Assembly: GCA_051313645.2 (NCBI GenBank) | Contig: JBNRSN020000007.1 | Coordinates: 272,428,001 to 272,492,000, forward strand | Direction of reading: 5' to 3' | Source of the DNA: Centroscyllium fabricii | Taxonomy: Eukaryota | Length of the DNA: 64,000 bases | In this document: positions 35,441 through 47,892 of the stretch, piece by piece | Layout of the letters: each line of letters starts with the position of its first letter | Numbering within the stretch: position 1 is the first letter of the stretch | Position numbers and translations under genes: made by a program | The notes under the pieces: model-generated | What the model was told of the DNA's origin: nothing | Seen by the model: only the letters and a program-made list of their open reading frames with translations | Database searches by the model: none

Positions 35441-36235
35441 AAGTTGTTAAAATCTCAAAAGCTGTTCCAGCCACAAAGCAACTCTTTGCCTTACTGTTTC
35501 TGCACATCGGTACTAAACCAAATAAACACTTTTTCATTTAGGAAAAACATTTCTCATTGAATATGCTGTCCAAGATATAATTATGTAGCCAGTTATTGGT
35601 CATTGCCACAGAAGAATATTGTTCTTGAAACACAACTGGCTGAAGCAAATTTGTAAATCTGGTTTAACAAAAGAACATTCATTTATACAGTAACTGTCAA
35701 GATGTCCCAAAATGCTTCACAACCAATTAAGTACTTTTGAATCATAATTATTATTGTAATGTAAGGAAATCCTAACTTATTTGAAATAACAAAATAAATA
35801 CCTCCCTACTTTGTCACGGGATTGTCATGAAAATCTGATTCACTAGAAATTTATTCCAAAGAATATCCTCTATCGCGAGTAAGTACTGAATGCACTGAGA
35901 AAACGAGCAGAGTCAAGTATTGGTCATGTAGCTGTGGACTGGCTTGGGTAGGTTTAGCTCCAGAATGTCCAAATTCTGGACTGGGACCACATGCAGTCCG
36001 GGAGCCCGTCAGCCTAGCCTTCAAAGCCTGGTTAATTTGGTCTTATTTCTGCAGATATTTGTTCCTTGCTGGCTTTTTCTGTCTGAATTCTGTGGGCCTG
36101 GACGATTGGGGTGGGCTGTTCTCCTCATTGTTGCCTCACTGGTTGATAAATCCTAAACTAGGACACCAAGAACTCTTCCCAATACAGTAGTACCTTGAGA
36201 TGCATGCAAGCTGTTGGGAACACATTTCAATTTTA

Positions 36236-36617
36236 TATAGAAATTCGGAGCAGGAGTAGGCCATTCGGCCCTTCGAGCCTGCTCCGCCATGCAATGAGAT
36301 CACGGCTGATCATCCAAACCCAGCACCCCGCCCCTGCCCTCTCCCCATATCCCCCGATCGCTATATCGACACATATCCCACCCTATCCCCGCAACCCCAC
36401 ACATTCAAACCCCCTAACACTATGGGTCAATTTATCATGGCAAATTAACCTAACCCGCACATCTTTGGACTGTGGGAGGAAACCGGAGCACCCGGAGGAA
36501 ACCCACGCAGACGCGGGGAGAATGTGCAAACTCCACACAGATAGTCACCCGAGGCTGGATTTGAACCCTGGTCTCCAGTGGTGCGAGACAACAGTGCTAA
36601 CCACTGTGCCACCGTGC
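36236..36617 (-). mobile_element. V-SINE subfamily A
   Basis: Same head, V-domain and tail as 33866-34257. Confidence 0.9.
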
Positions 36618-37052
36618 ATATATGGGGCATAAGGACAAAGAACTTGGAAACATCTGGCTAAGCCGATAGAAAGCTGACAGGCACACTAAAATGTCATTCT
36701 ATTTGTGTAATCAGACCACTTGTCAGATCTTTCTGGAGTCCTATATTGCTGTGTTTGACCACTCGGGATCATCAGTGTTTCATTTTTTTAGACCATTTAT
36801 GAACTGGTCCCTTTTGTTTTTAGACTTCAGTTTTCAGTGCAACCAAGCCTACAAACTGTCTCTGAAAAGACTGAGCAGTGACCGAGAGCATGTTGCATGG
36901 GGGTCCTTCTGCCCAATATCGCTCATTGGTATCTGTTCCAATGTTCAAAGAATTGATATTTGGCTGTTATAGATCCTAAAAGCTTCAATACCAAATAAAA
37001 GCAGAACATGTGGGAAATACTCAGCAGGCCACGCCGCATCTGTGGAGAGAGA

Positions 37053-37084
37053 AACGTTTCAGGTTGATGACCTTTCGTCAGAAC
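37053..37084 (-). ncRNA. Minimal hammerhead ribozyme motif (family 2)
   Basis: Minus strand: gtt-CTGACGA-A-AGGT-catca-ACCT-GAAA-CGTT; palindromic AACGTT helix III; 3' strand of helix I deleted. Confidence 0.6.
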
Positions 37085-37558
37085 TGGAGAAAGTTGGAGA
37101 TGTACCAGGTTTTAAGCAAGTGCAGGGAAAGGAAAAGGGGGAGAGCAGAGGAAAGGACAAAAGGGAAGGTCTGTGATAGTATCAGGCAGGAGAGATTAAA
37201 AGATAAAATGGATGATGGTGCAAGGCAAAAGGAGATGGTAATGGGACATGTAAAGAAACAAGAGATGAGTAGAAGAGGTGTAAATGGGAATGGTAGAATT
37301 ATCAACAGCTGCCATGTGAAAAAAATAGGGTCAGAGGTTATAGTATGAAATTGTTGAACTTAATGGGCTGGATCTTCATTTAGGAGGCGGGACTACAACT
37401 TTCGGTTGTAGTCCCGCCTTCATCGAGATGTGACCAACCCACACGATTTCAACTTGATTGACCTTGTTGAGCCCGCCCAGCGGGCTCAGCAGGCCAATTA
37501 AGGGCCACTCAGCAACAGGTGACGTCATAGACTGAAATTTCATCTGTCGAGGTTTTGA

Positions 37559-37921
37559 CACACGGTGGCGCAGTGGTTAGCACTGCTGCCTCGCAATAAA
37601 GGAGCTCCTGGATTCGAATCCTGCTTGGCCCGGGACACCTGTGTGGAGTTTGCATGTTCTCCCCGTGTTCGTGTGGGTTTCCTCCGGGTACTCCGGTTTC
37701 CTCCCACCACCCAAAGACATGCAGGTTAGGTGAATTGGAGATACTAAAAATTGCCCATGAGTATGTGTGTGAGATATAGTTCTTCGAGTTGGGGGTGTTG
37801 GATATGGGTAGGAGGGGGCTGCTGGGTTTGGATGATCAGCCATGATCTCATCAAAATGGCGGAGCAGGCTCTATGGGCCAAATGGCCTACTCCTGCTCCT
37901 ATCTTCTGTGTTTCTATGTTT
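37559..37921 (+). mobile_element. V-SINE subfamily B
   Basis: Same as 11592-11948; tail ctgtgtttctatgttt. Confidence 0.9.
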
Positions 37922-38269
37922 CACAGCTGTTTGAAGCTGTCAAACACTGACAGTCTTCTAACATGAGTCCTTCTCCACAGACTCAGTTGGAAATCTCCTG
38001 CACAGAAAGCTGAAGGCTGTCACTTTTGACAGTTCGCAGCCATTCTGCTTTCTGTGCTGGTGAGATGAGGGACTCCCGAGATCTAAAGGAAGGAAGGCTG
38101 AAAAGGTAAGTACAGGTAATTTAAACTTCTTTATACACTTTAGACACACCAAACACACTTACCTTTGCACTCATGCACACATCACTCACCTGAACACCGA
38201 CATCTCGATCCCTCCAAGTCCTTCAACCTGACGGCCCGACTCCTGAAACGTGGCATGTTTTGAGCTGAA

Positions 38270-39470
38270 GAGCTGAACTCAAGAGGTGAGGTGAGAGTAA
38301 CTGCCCTTGACATCAAGGCAGCATTTGATTGAGTGTGGCAACAAGGACCCCTAGTAAAGCTGAAGTCAATGGGAATCAAGGGGAAAACTCTCCATTGGTT
38401 GGAATCATACCTAGCACAAAGGAAGTTGGCTGTGTTTGTTGGAGGTCATTCATTTCAACCACAGGACATAACTGCAGGAGTTCCTCAGGGCAGTGTCCTA
38501 GGCCCAACCATCTTCATCTGTTTTATCAATGACCTTCCCTCCATCATAAGGTCAGAAGTGGGGATGTTTGCTGATGATTGCACACTGCACACTGTTCAGC
38601 ACCATTCGAGACTCGTTGGATACTGATGCAGTCTGTGTCCATATGCAGCAAGACCTGGACAACATTCAGACTTGGGCTGACAAGTGGCAAGTAACATTCG
38701 CACCACACAAGTGCCAGGCAATGACCATCTCCAACAAGCGAGACTCTAACCATCTCCCCTTGACATTCAATGGCATTATCATCGCTGAATCCCCCACTAT
38801 CAACATCCTGGGGGGTTACCATTGATCGGAAACTGAACTGGACCAGCCATATAAATACTGTGGCTACAAGAGCAGGCCAGAGGCTGGGAATTCTGCGCGA
38901 GTGTCTCACCTCCTGACTCCCCAAAGCCTTTCCACAAGGCACAAGTCAGGAGTGTGATGGAATACTCTCCACTTGCCTGGATGAGTGCAGCTCCAACAAC
39001 ACTCAAGAAGCTCGACACCATTCAGGATAAAGCAGGCCGCTTGATTGGCACTCCATCCACCACCTCCAACATTCACTCCCTCCACCACCGGCGCACTGTG
39101 GCTGCAGTGTACACCATCTACAAGATGCACTGCAGCAACTCGCCAAAGCTCCTTCAACAGCACCTTCCAAACCCGCGACCTCTACCACTTAGAAGGACAT
39201 GGGCAGCAGATGCATGGGAACAGCACCACCTACAAGTTCCCCTCCAAGCCACACACCATCCTGACTTGGACCTGTATCGCCGCTCCTTCACTGTCGCTGG
39301 GCCAAAATCCTGGAACTCCCTAACAACATTGTGGGTGTACCTACACCATACGGACTGCAGCGGTTCAAGAAGGTGGCTCACCACCATCTTCTCAAGGGCA
39401 ATTAGGGATGGGCACTAAATGCAGGCCTAGCCAGCCAGCGACGCCCACATCCCATCAATTAATTTTTAAA
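38270..39470 (+). mobile_element. CR1-group (Zenon-like) LINE 3' part
   Basis: ORFs 38333-38626, 38568-38825 and 38954-39418; close relative of 25963-29800. Confidence 0.9.
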
Positions 39471-40834
39471 AACTGACCGCCCGCCTCTCAAACTTGCCGT
39501 GGTTTGGAGCCATTGGGAATCCCACACTTAAGCATTAAAAATAGGCATTAGGCTAAAAACTGCCTGTTAACAGGCAGTTATTGGCACTAATCCCTTCCCG
39601 CCTCGGGTAGGTGGGTCCCAGTGCGGAGTGGGTATCCGCCTCCTTTGAAACTGGCAGGGAGGCGGGTTGGCTGCGGGATGGTGTCGGAACCCCCGAATTC
39701 GGGATTTTAGCCCCCTGCGTGCCTCCAATCCCGACTCCATGGCCCAATGAAAATCCTGCCTGATGAGTCCAGAAGGCTGTTAAGTACCGAATTGAAAGAC
39801 GAGGTGCTGTTCCTCAAGCTTCAATAACAAGAAGTTCTGTGCTATACTGCTATGAGCTGCCAGGTATCCGAAATGAAAACTCAGTACTTGGGTCTGCACC
39901 TGCTGAGTGTGCAAAGGCAGTAAATGATTAATAACATCAAGAAGTTGGTTTAAAAAAAAATTGTTGATGGAAACTAAAACATTTACTACTTAACTAGGAG
40001 TCTTTTGGTCCCCATCAACTTCCACAAACTGATTTAATGCTGACCTGGAGATTGCGTTGAAGAAAATAAACATCTTTGAGTCAAAGACTTGATTTATTTC
40101 TCACAATTTGAAACCCACCCTGTAAGTGATCAATGGATCCTATAACTGCATGATTTCATTCCTGCAATACTCCCCCTTTTTCTCTTTCCACCTACCCCCC
40201 CCCCCCCCCCCCCCCCCATCCTGTCACATACATACAAATGCACTCATTTGTATTTCTACTTTTATGTTTCTTCAGTCTTTGTTTTATCTTTCTGCGTCTG
40301 CTTAGTCCCCACTCTGAAGAGCTGCCTGTATTGTCTGCCTGCTTAATGTTTCAGTATTGAATTCAAAAGTTTGATGCAGTATCCTCTCCGGTTTGTTCCA
40401 TCTATTTTGCAGGTAAGAGTCGTTTCCTCAATTATATATTTCACTGTTCTGTGTACTATACTGCATAGTTTGAACCATAAAATAACTTGAAGATGTTCCC
40501 TTCAACAAGCTACTCGCTCTGCAATTCTGTGGCCACCTCCATCCCCCCCTTCAAAAAATAAATAAAATCTCTTGGTGTCTTTTACTTCTCGCTGTTGAGT
40601 GTAATTTATGCAAGCAATATCCCTCTTTTTTTCTCTTTATTTCTGATGGCAATCTGCAGATTATCTAGATAGTCTACTGCAAATGTGTCACTTTCATACA
40701 AACCTATGCCAGGATAGTGATGGTTATTATACTGTTGGTACCCAATTTAAGTCTGACTTTGCGATAAAAAGGAAGGTCATTGAGAGAATCCTTGAATCTG
40801 TGGTTGGTCCTCATCAGTATGTAGTTATGTGGGC

Positions 40835-41775
40835 TAGGCCCAAATATCTTCAGCTACTTCATCAATGACCTTCCCTCCAACATAAGGTCAGAAATGGGGA
40901 TGTTCGCTGATTGCACAGTGTTCAGTGCCATTCGCAACTCCACAGACAATGAAGCAGTCCATGCCCGCATCCAACAAGACCTGGATGGCGTTCAGGCTTG
41001 GGCTGATAAGTGGCAGGTAACATTCGCGCCATACCAGTGCCAGGCAATGACTATCTCCAACAAGCGAGAGTCTAACCACCGCCCCTTGACATTCAATGGC
41101 ATTACCATAGCCGAATCCCCCACTATCAACATCCTGGGGGGTCACCATTGACCAGAAACTTAACTGGACCAGTCACATAAATACTGTGGCAACAAGAGCA
41201 GGTCAGAGACTAGGTCGTCTGTGGTGAGTGTCACACCACCTGACTCCCCAAAGCCTTTCCACCATCTACAAGGCACAAGTAAGGAGTGTGATGAAATACT
41301 CTCCACTTGCCTGGATGAGTGCAGCTGCAACAACACTCAAGAAGCTCGACACCATCCAGGACAAAACAGCCCGCTTGATTGGCACCCCATCCACCACCTT
41401 AAACATTCACTCCACCACCGGCGTACCGTGGCTGCAGTGTGTACCATCTACAAGATGCACTGCAGCAACTCCCAAACCCGTGACCTCTTCCACCTTGAAG
41501 AACAAGGGCAGCAGGTGCATGGAAACACCACCACCTCCAAATTCCCCTCCAAGTCACACACCATCGTGACTTAGAAGTATATCGCTGTTCTTTCATCGTC
41601 GCTGGGTCAAACTCCGGGAATTCCCTACCTAACAGCGCTGTGGGAATACCATCACCACATGGACTGCAGCGGTTCAAGAAGGCAGCTCTCCGCCACCTTC
41701 TCAAGGGCAACTAGGGATGAGCAATAAATGCTGGCCTTGCCAGTGATGCCCACATCCCATAAATGTTTTTAAAAA
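40835..41775 (+). mobile_element. CR1-group (Zenon-like) LINE 3' part
   Basis: GMFADC, WADKWQVTF, YKAQVRSVM; family 3' end gcccacatcccataaat. Confidence 0.88.
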
Positions 41776-42768
41776 ATAAAAAAATTCTATGTAAGAGATG
41801 GAATAGATTTGAGTTTTACAGATTTTAAATGATGCTTCTCCTTATGCTACTCATTACAATTCCAACCAATAGGTAATACCTGTTCAGTAAATAGAGTGCA
41901 GGCAGCTCATTGCTTCCCCTGTCTCCTGGACAGATGTCCATGAGCTACTTGAGTTCTGGGAGTTTGCTTTTTGGGGTGAAGTTGGTGCTGTGTGATACTA
42001 GTAACAAGTGAGTGTATATGCTCATATAAACTGCTTAAGCACTTTGTTAAAGCGTTGGAGAGGAATTTTGAGATGTGTTAGCACATTTGTTGCTGATACT
42101 GTGCAACTTGGTTTTGCCAAACTTATATATTACAGAAGGAACAGGATTCTCCAGTTCCAATTGTGGTCATTCTAGGAAGATAGTTACTGGCAGGGCAAAG
42201 TAGTCGGATCTAGTAGAACATACCTTTAGTAGAATAGTTATGTGCGAGTGTTTGGGTTTTTTTTGTACAGGTTTTGATTTTCTCTCTTCAAAAATTAACA
42301 TAAGTTGCACCTGGTCATATTACTTTGCAAACGTGTGACTGACTAATTGTTTTCAAACAAAGTTTCAGCCAAATCACGTTTATTATGCAGTCTTGTTTAG
42401 ATTCATGCAGATTCATGTATGTAACTGGCACATTTTTTAAATCAAGAAGTTTATAGTAGGTTTTTTGGGTCAGATTTTTGTGCTAAAGTCATTTTGGAAT
42501 AAATTTGGTTACAAATTTTAAGTTTTAGAATCTGGAATATTGTAAAGATGTTCTGCTTGTCTTGCTAATGTAAAAATGTACAGTAAGAACTGTCTTTGGT
42601 CATAACTTTAATGCAATGTTGGAAGCAAATCAATTGATTTAACATTGCTGCAAAGATATAAACAGTGGTCTCTTTAAAATTGATGTATAATTTTCTTTTT
42701 TTAAGTTTCATATTACAGGGAGTGTTCAATTTTTTTTAGAGAGAAAAGTAGTGAAATTCAGTTCCTGA

Positions 42769-43177
42769 ATAGAAACATAGAAACATAGAAGATAGGAGCA
42801 GGAGTAGGCCATTCGGCCCTTCGAGCCTGCTCCGTCATTCAATGAGATCATGGCTGATCATCCAAATCCAGTATCCCGCCCCTGCCCCTGCCCTCCCCCC
42901 ATATCCCTATCAAGCCTGCACCGACACATATCCCACCCTATCCCCGTAACCCCATATATTCAATCTCCCTAACACTAAGGGTCAATTTATCATGGCCAAT
43001 CAACCTAACCCGCACATCTTTGGACTGTGGGAGGAAACCAGAGCACCCGGAGGAAACCCACGCAGACACGGGGAGAATGTGCAAACTCCACACAGATAGT
43101 ACCCGAGGCTGGATTTGAACCCGGGTCTCCAGTGCTGTGAGACAGCAGTGCTAACCACTGTGCCACCGTGCCGCCCA
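42769..43177 (-). mobile_element. V-SINE subfamily A
   Basis: Same as 16607-17003; repeated catagaaa tail. Confidence 0.9.
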
Positions 43178-43194
43178 TAAGGAAAGCAACTTGA

Positions 43195-44660
43195 AATAAA
43201 AACAAAATGCTGGAAATATTCAGCAGCCCAGGCAGCATCTGTGGAGAGAGAAACTGAGTTAACGTTTCAGATTGATAACCTTTCCTCCGAACTGGATAAA
43301 GTTAGAGATGTAACAGATTCTAAACAAGTACAGGGACAGGGAAAGAGGGGAGGGGAGGAAAGAACACAGAAGATAGGAGCAGGAGTTGGCCATTCAGCCC
43401 TTTGAGCCTGCTCCGCCATTTTGATGAGATCATGGCTGATCATCCAAACCCAGCACCCCACTCCTACCCTCTCCCCATAACACCCCCAACTCTAAGAACT
43501 ATATCTCACACACATACTCACGGGCAATTTTTTTTAGTATCTCCAATTCACCTACCCTGCATGTCTTTGGGTGCTGGGAGGAAACCGGAGTACCCGGAGG
43601 AAACCCACACGAACACGGGGAGAACATGCAAACTCCACGCAGAGGTGTCCTGGGCCAAGCAGGATTCAAACACAGGAGCTCCTTATTGCGAGGCAGCAGT
43701 GCTAACCACTGCGCCACCGTGTAGAACAAAAGGGAAGGTCTGTAATAAGGTGGAAGGCAGGAGCGATTAAATGACAAAAGGGATGATGGTACATAGCAAA
43801 AGGCGATGGTAATGGGACAAGTAAAGAAACAAAAGATGAGTCTCGGTGAGGTGTAAATGGGAATGAATGAATCATCAGAAGGCTGTGAAGTGCCTCATCG
43901 AAAGATGATGTGCTGTTCCTCGAGCTTACATTGAGCTTCGTTGGAACAGTGTAGGAGGCCGAGGACGGAGAAATCAGAATGGGAGTTGACCAGGGTGTTG
44001 CGGAGGGAGCAGACCCTTCGGAATACTGAAAGGGGAGGGGAATATGTGTTTGGTGGTGGGATCATGCTGGAGATGGCAGAAATAGTGGAGGATGATCTGT
44101 TGAACGTAAAGGCTGGTGGAGTGAAAGGTGAGGACAAGGGGAATCCGTTGAACGTGAAGGCTGGTGGGGTGAAAGGTGAGAACAAGGGGAATTCTATCAG
44201 TGGTTCTCGGAGGGAGGGGAAGGGGAGAAAGCAGAAGTATGGGAAATGGAATGGACACGGTCAAGTGCCATGTCAACCATGGTAGAGGAGAATTGTCGGT
44301 TGAAGAAAAAGGGAGACATATCGGAAGCACTGGTATGGAAGGTGCAATCGTCAGAACAGATGCGATGGAGACTGAGAAACTGGGAGAATAGAGTCATCAC
44401 AGGAAGCAGGGTGGCAAGAAGTGTAGTCCAAGTAGCTGTGGGATTCAGTGGGCTTATAATGGATGTTTGTCGATAGCCTATCCCCAGAAAGGGAGACAAA
44501 GAAGTCGAGGAAGGGAAGAGTTGGAGATGGAGCATGTGAAGGTGAGGGAAGGGTGGAAATTGGAAGCAAAGTGAATGAAATTTTCTATTTTGGGGCGAGA
44601 GTAGAAAACGACACCAATACAGTCATCAATGCATCAGAAAAAGAAGTGAGGGAGGGGACT
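43195..44660 (-). mobile_element. Penelope-like element family 2, internally deleted RT/GIY-YIG remnant
   Basis: LPFLD...DRLSTNIHYKPTESHSYLDYTSCHP (PLE RT thumb), RIPLVLTFHP (tandemly duplicated), KLEEQHIIFR; degenerate hammerhead near 43259-43293. Confidence 0.85.
43367..43722 (-). mobile_element. V-SINE subfamily B inserted in the Penelope 3' UTR
   Basis: Head and V-domain as at 37559; flanking direct repeat agaaca at 43361-43366 and 43723-43728. Confidence 0.9.
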
Positions 44661-44775
44661 TGAGTGCTCGATTGAGTTCTCCGATTCCTCCCAACTGTCT
44701 TAGAGTGACAGATTGATTTAGACACTTGGCCCCTCTCCTCCCCCATTTTCCTGTCTGTTCCTCATATTAAAACTC

Positions 44776-45665
44776 ATGATGTGGAGGTGCCGGTGTTGGA
44801 CTGGGGTGGACAAATGTAAGAAGTCACACAACACCAGGTTATAGTCCAACAGTTTTATTTCAAATCACAAGCTTTCGGAGCGTTGCTCCTTCATCAGGTG
44901 TAGTAGAGAGATGCATATAAACACAGCATATATAGTCGGAGAACAATGTAATCTTTCCAACTGCCCTTCATCACACCTCAGCAGAGAGACATTCATAGCA
45001 ATCAAAGGTGTGAATGGTGTTCAAACAGGTCAGGCAGGCACCACCCGAAGAACAATGACGTGGAGTCACAAAGGGTCAAATGTTGCACATGCTGGGGTCT
45101 GTGTGAAAAACACAGGACAATTTAAAAAAAAAAAAAAAAAAAAAAAGATTTTTCTTGCTGGAAATCACAGCCGGTACAGCCAAGTTCCGCACTCATGAGC
45201 ACGGCCTCAACTGGGATCTTGGCTTCATGTCACGCTACATGTAGCCCCACCTGATGTAGAGTCATCCAGACTCGAGTGGTCTTTGGCTTGTCCTCACTAC
45301 ACAGATGCAGCTGTACCGGCTGCGATTTCCAGCAAGAAAAATCTTTTTTTTTTATTGTCCTGTGTTTGTTTTTCACACAGACCCCAGCATGTGCAACATT
45401 TGACACTTTGTGACTCCACCTCATTGTTCTTCGGGTGGTGCCTTCCTGACTGACCTGTTTGAACACCATTCACACCTTTGATTGCGATGAATGTCTCTCT
45501 GCTGAGGTGTAATGAAGGGCAGTTGGAAAGATTACATTGTTCTCTGCCTATATATGCTGTGTCTTTATGCATCTCTCTACTACACCTGACGAAGGAGCAA
45601 TGCTCCGAACGCTTGTGATTTCAAATAAAACTGTTGGACTATAACCTGGTGTTGTGTGACTTCTT
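44776..45665. mobile_element. Penelope-derived hairpin-tail element 3 with ORF remnant in the loop
   Basis: Arms ~44815-45180 and ~45308-45665, left tail, TSD atattaaaactc at 44764-44775 and 45666-45677. The loop encodes KFRTHEHGLNWDLGFMSRYM* (45182-45244). Confidence 0.9.
44866..44900 (-). ncRNA. Minimal hammerhead ribozyme motif, intact
   Basis: Minus strand: CAC-CTGATGA-A-GGAGC-aac-GCTCC-GAAA-GCTT-GTG. The partner at 45583-45617 (+) has GAAA changed to GAAC. Confidence 0.75.
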
Positions 45666-46150
45666 ATATTAAAACTCCACTCTGTTCCCTTCCCTTTCGA
45701 AGTTGTTATACTTGCCTCTCTTTTTAAATGTCCTTTCACAGTCTGATTAAAATTATCTTTGTATTTATCAAGCATTTTTGCACGTTTTTCAAATATTTGT
45801 TCCGAGGCTGTTAAATCCATTAGATGTCTCTTTGTAATAGTTAAGTGTTTCTGCACGCTTGTCTGCTGTTCTTCTCCTCCCCTGTTTTGATTAGTATTAG
45901 AGGGGCTTTCCCTCTTTTCGCCATCAGTCTGATGAACTGTCCAACCCAAAATATTAATAGGACAGCCTTTTCAGATGTTGGTGAACCTGCTTTACATTTC
46001 CAGTGTTTTTGATTTCAGATTACCAGTATTTATAACATTTCTTTATATAACTAGTGATTAAATAATGTCAATCTTGAATTTTAAAACTCAAGGATTGTGC
46101 AGAAAAGGAAAGACTAGGGGAGATAAGTAGCTGCACAGTTTTGAGGTATT

Positions 46151-46901
46151 GGCCTAGAAATTCGGGTCGGAGGCTTCCCGCGTGTGCAAGCCTCCAACCT
46201 GCACTTACCTTGCGCGCCGGCCGTTGAGCTGTGGGCCCGCGTGGAATTCCGATGCGGGGCCTGCTTCAACTGCCGGCGCGCTCGCGTATCCCAGCGGCGA
46301 AGATAGTGCGATGGATCACGTGGGCCATGGAGAGCCAATCGGAGCAGAGAATACTCCATTCATAAGTTTGACAGGAAGAGCGGTCAAAACTATGAAAACT
46401 ACAAGCCCCAAAACATCACTGAAACTTCAAATTATTTTTTTTTTGAATCAGTTATTTTTATCAATTGCATTAAATAACTATTTTAAACAATAATTTAATT
46501 TTTTGAAAAAATTAATTATTTTTCCTAACAGGGCTAAAAATAAACTTACTTTTCTTCAAAGTAATTAAAAATAATAAAAATAATAAATAATAAACCTGTG
46601 GAAAAAATGCTTTAATTTGAATTAATTCAGCACTTACTTTACGCCTGCTTTTTTCGTTTCTAACTTTTTCTTACTTAGCTGGGCAGAAAATCCTGTTTAA
46701 AAAAAAAAAAAAAAAAGCGCAAGTGCAATGCGCACGCGCTGCCTCTGCCGCTCCCGCACACGCGCGTAACCCCTTAGTTCGGGGAACGGAAGTACCGGTT
46801 TCCCGCGCATGCGCAGTGCATGCAGGAAACCGGCACTTTGCAATGGCCGACGTGTGAGTACCTCGTCCGTACTCACGTGTTCAGAGGCCAATCTCTGGGC
46901 C
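46151..46901. mobile_element. MITE-like non-autonomous DNA element
   Basis: Termini ggcctagaaatt / aatctctgggcc; CpG-rich ends around an AT-rich core; TSD unclear. Confidence 0.6.
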
Positions 46902-47184
46902 GTTGCAAAAAGAATTGAGAGAAGGAGACTGTGATGAGGCTTGGTTTCAACACCGAGGAGGCAGGGAGGAGTACTGTCTGTCTTAGGGGAGAAAAAAGGC
47001 CGTGACAGAGGGAAGTTGAGTGATTAATGTGAGACAGGAGTTGCCTATCAGGCAACAACTTTCAGTTGTGCCTTGTCCAAGAGTGAAAGAGATGGTAGCA
47101 AAGCTTCCCCACATATGGGAGCAGTATTGGCAGTCTGGAACAAACTTGGGATTTTTTTTTGTTGAGATTTGGGAGTTGTTTGGA

Positions 47185-47580
47185 GTTCAGAAGAATGAGG
47201 GGGGATCTCATAGAAACGTTTAAAATACTGACCGGTTTAGACAGGTTAGATGCGGGCAGAATGTTCCCAATGTTGGGGAAGTTCAGAACCAGGGGGCACA
47301 GACTAAGGATAAGGTAAGCCATTTAGGACCGAGATGAGGAGAAACCTCTTCACCCAGAGAGTGGTGAACCTGTGGAATTCTCTACCACAGAAAGTTGTTG
47401 AGGCCAGTTCACTAAATATTTTCAAAAGGGAGTTAGATGTAATACTTACAACTAGGGGGATCAAGTGATATGGCGAGAAAGCAGGAACGGGGTACTAATG
47501 CAGCATGTTCAGCCATGAACGTATTGAATGGCGGTGCAGGCTCGAAGGGCCGAATGGTTTACTCCACCTATTTTCTATTA
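47185..47580 (+). mobile_element. CR1 LINE 3' fragment
   Basis: agaatgagggggatctcatagaaacg...ttcacccagagagtggtgaacctgtggaattc plus CR1 tail. Confidence 0.85.
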
Positions 47581-47892
47581 AGCTGAGCTTCTTGGGAGGC
47601 CGCTTTAGCGTGGAGATATGGGAGTTCTATGTGAGGTCAGAGAAGAATTTTAAACTTCTATTCAATGAATGCTGTAACTCCCAGAGTATAATCTACAGAT
47701 CTCACAATTAATCATCATGATTCAATGTAGATAATGAATTCTGGGGGCAGTGTTCTGATATATGGCAAATATCTGGTGGGATGTCAAAGGGGGAAAAAAA
47801 GGGAAATTTGTAAAAGCTACCAAGTGTAACTGCTATGCAATGGCTAAATTGAGTTTTGAGCTACAAAACCGTATATAGGTAGAGAAATAACA

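Larger units (their letters stand above)
37365..39760. mobile_element. MITE carrying nested SINE and LINE insertions
   Basis: Termini gggctggatcttcatt / aatgaaaatcctgcc; interrupts the Penelope ORF end. Confidence 0.65.
36995..39822 (-). mobile_element. Penelope-like element family 2, 3' end (pieces 36995-37364 and 39761-39822)
   Basis: Minus strand encodes a degenerate KLEEQHLVF...QPSGL..EFNN GIY-YIG C-terminus across the insertion, then a pyrimidine-rich UTR and a hammerhead motif. Confidence 0.75.

Noticed and set aside
40395-40420. tattttgcag|gtaaga as a recursive splice site or hidden exon
   Set aside because: It lies downstream of the MYBL2 stop in apparent intergenic DNA, with no partner exon or coding similarity found.
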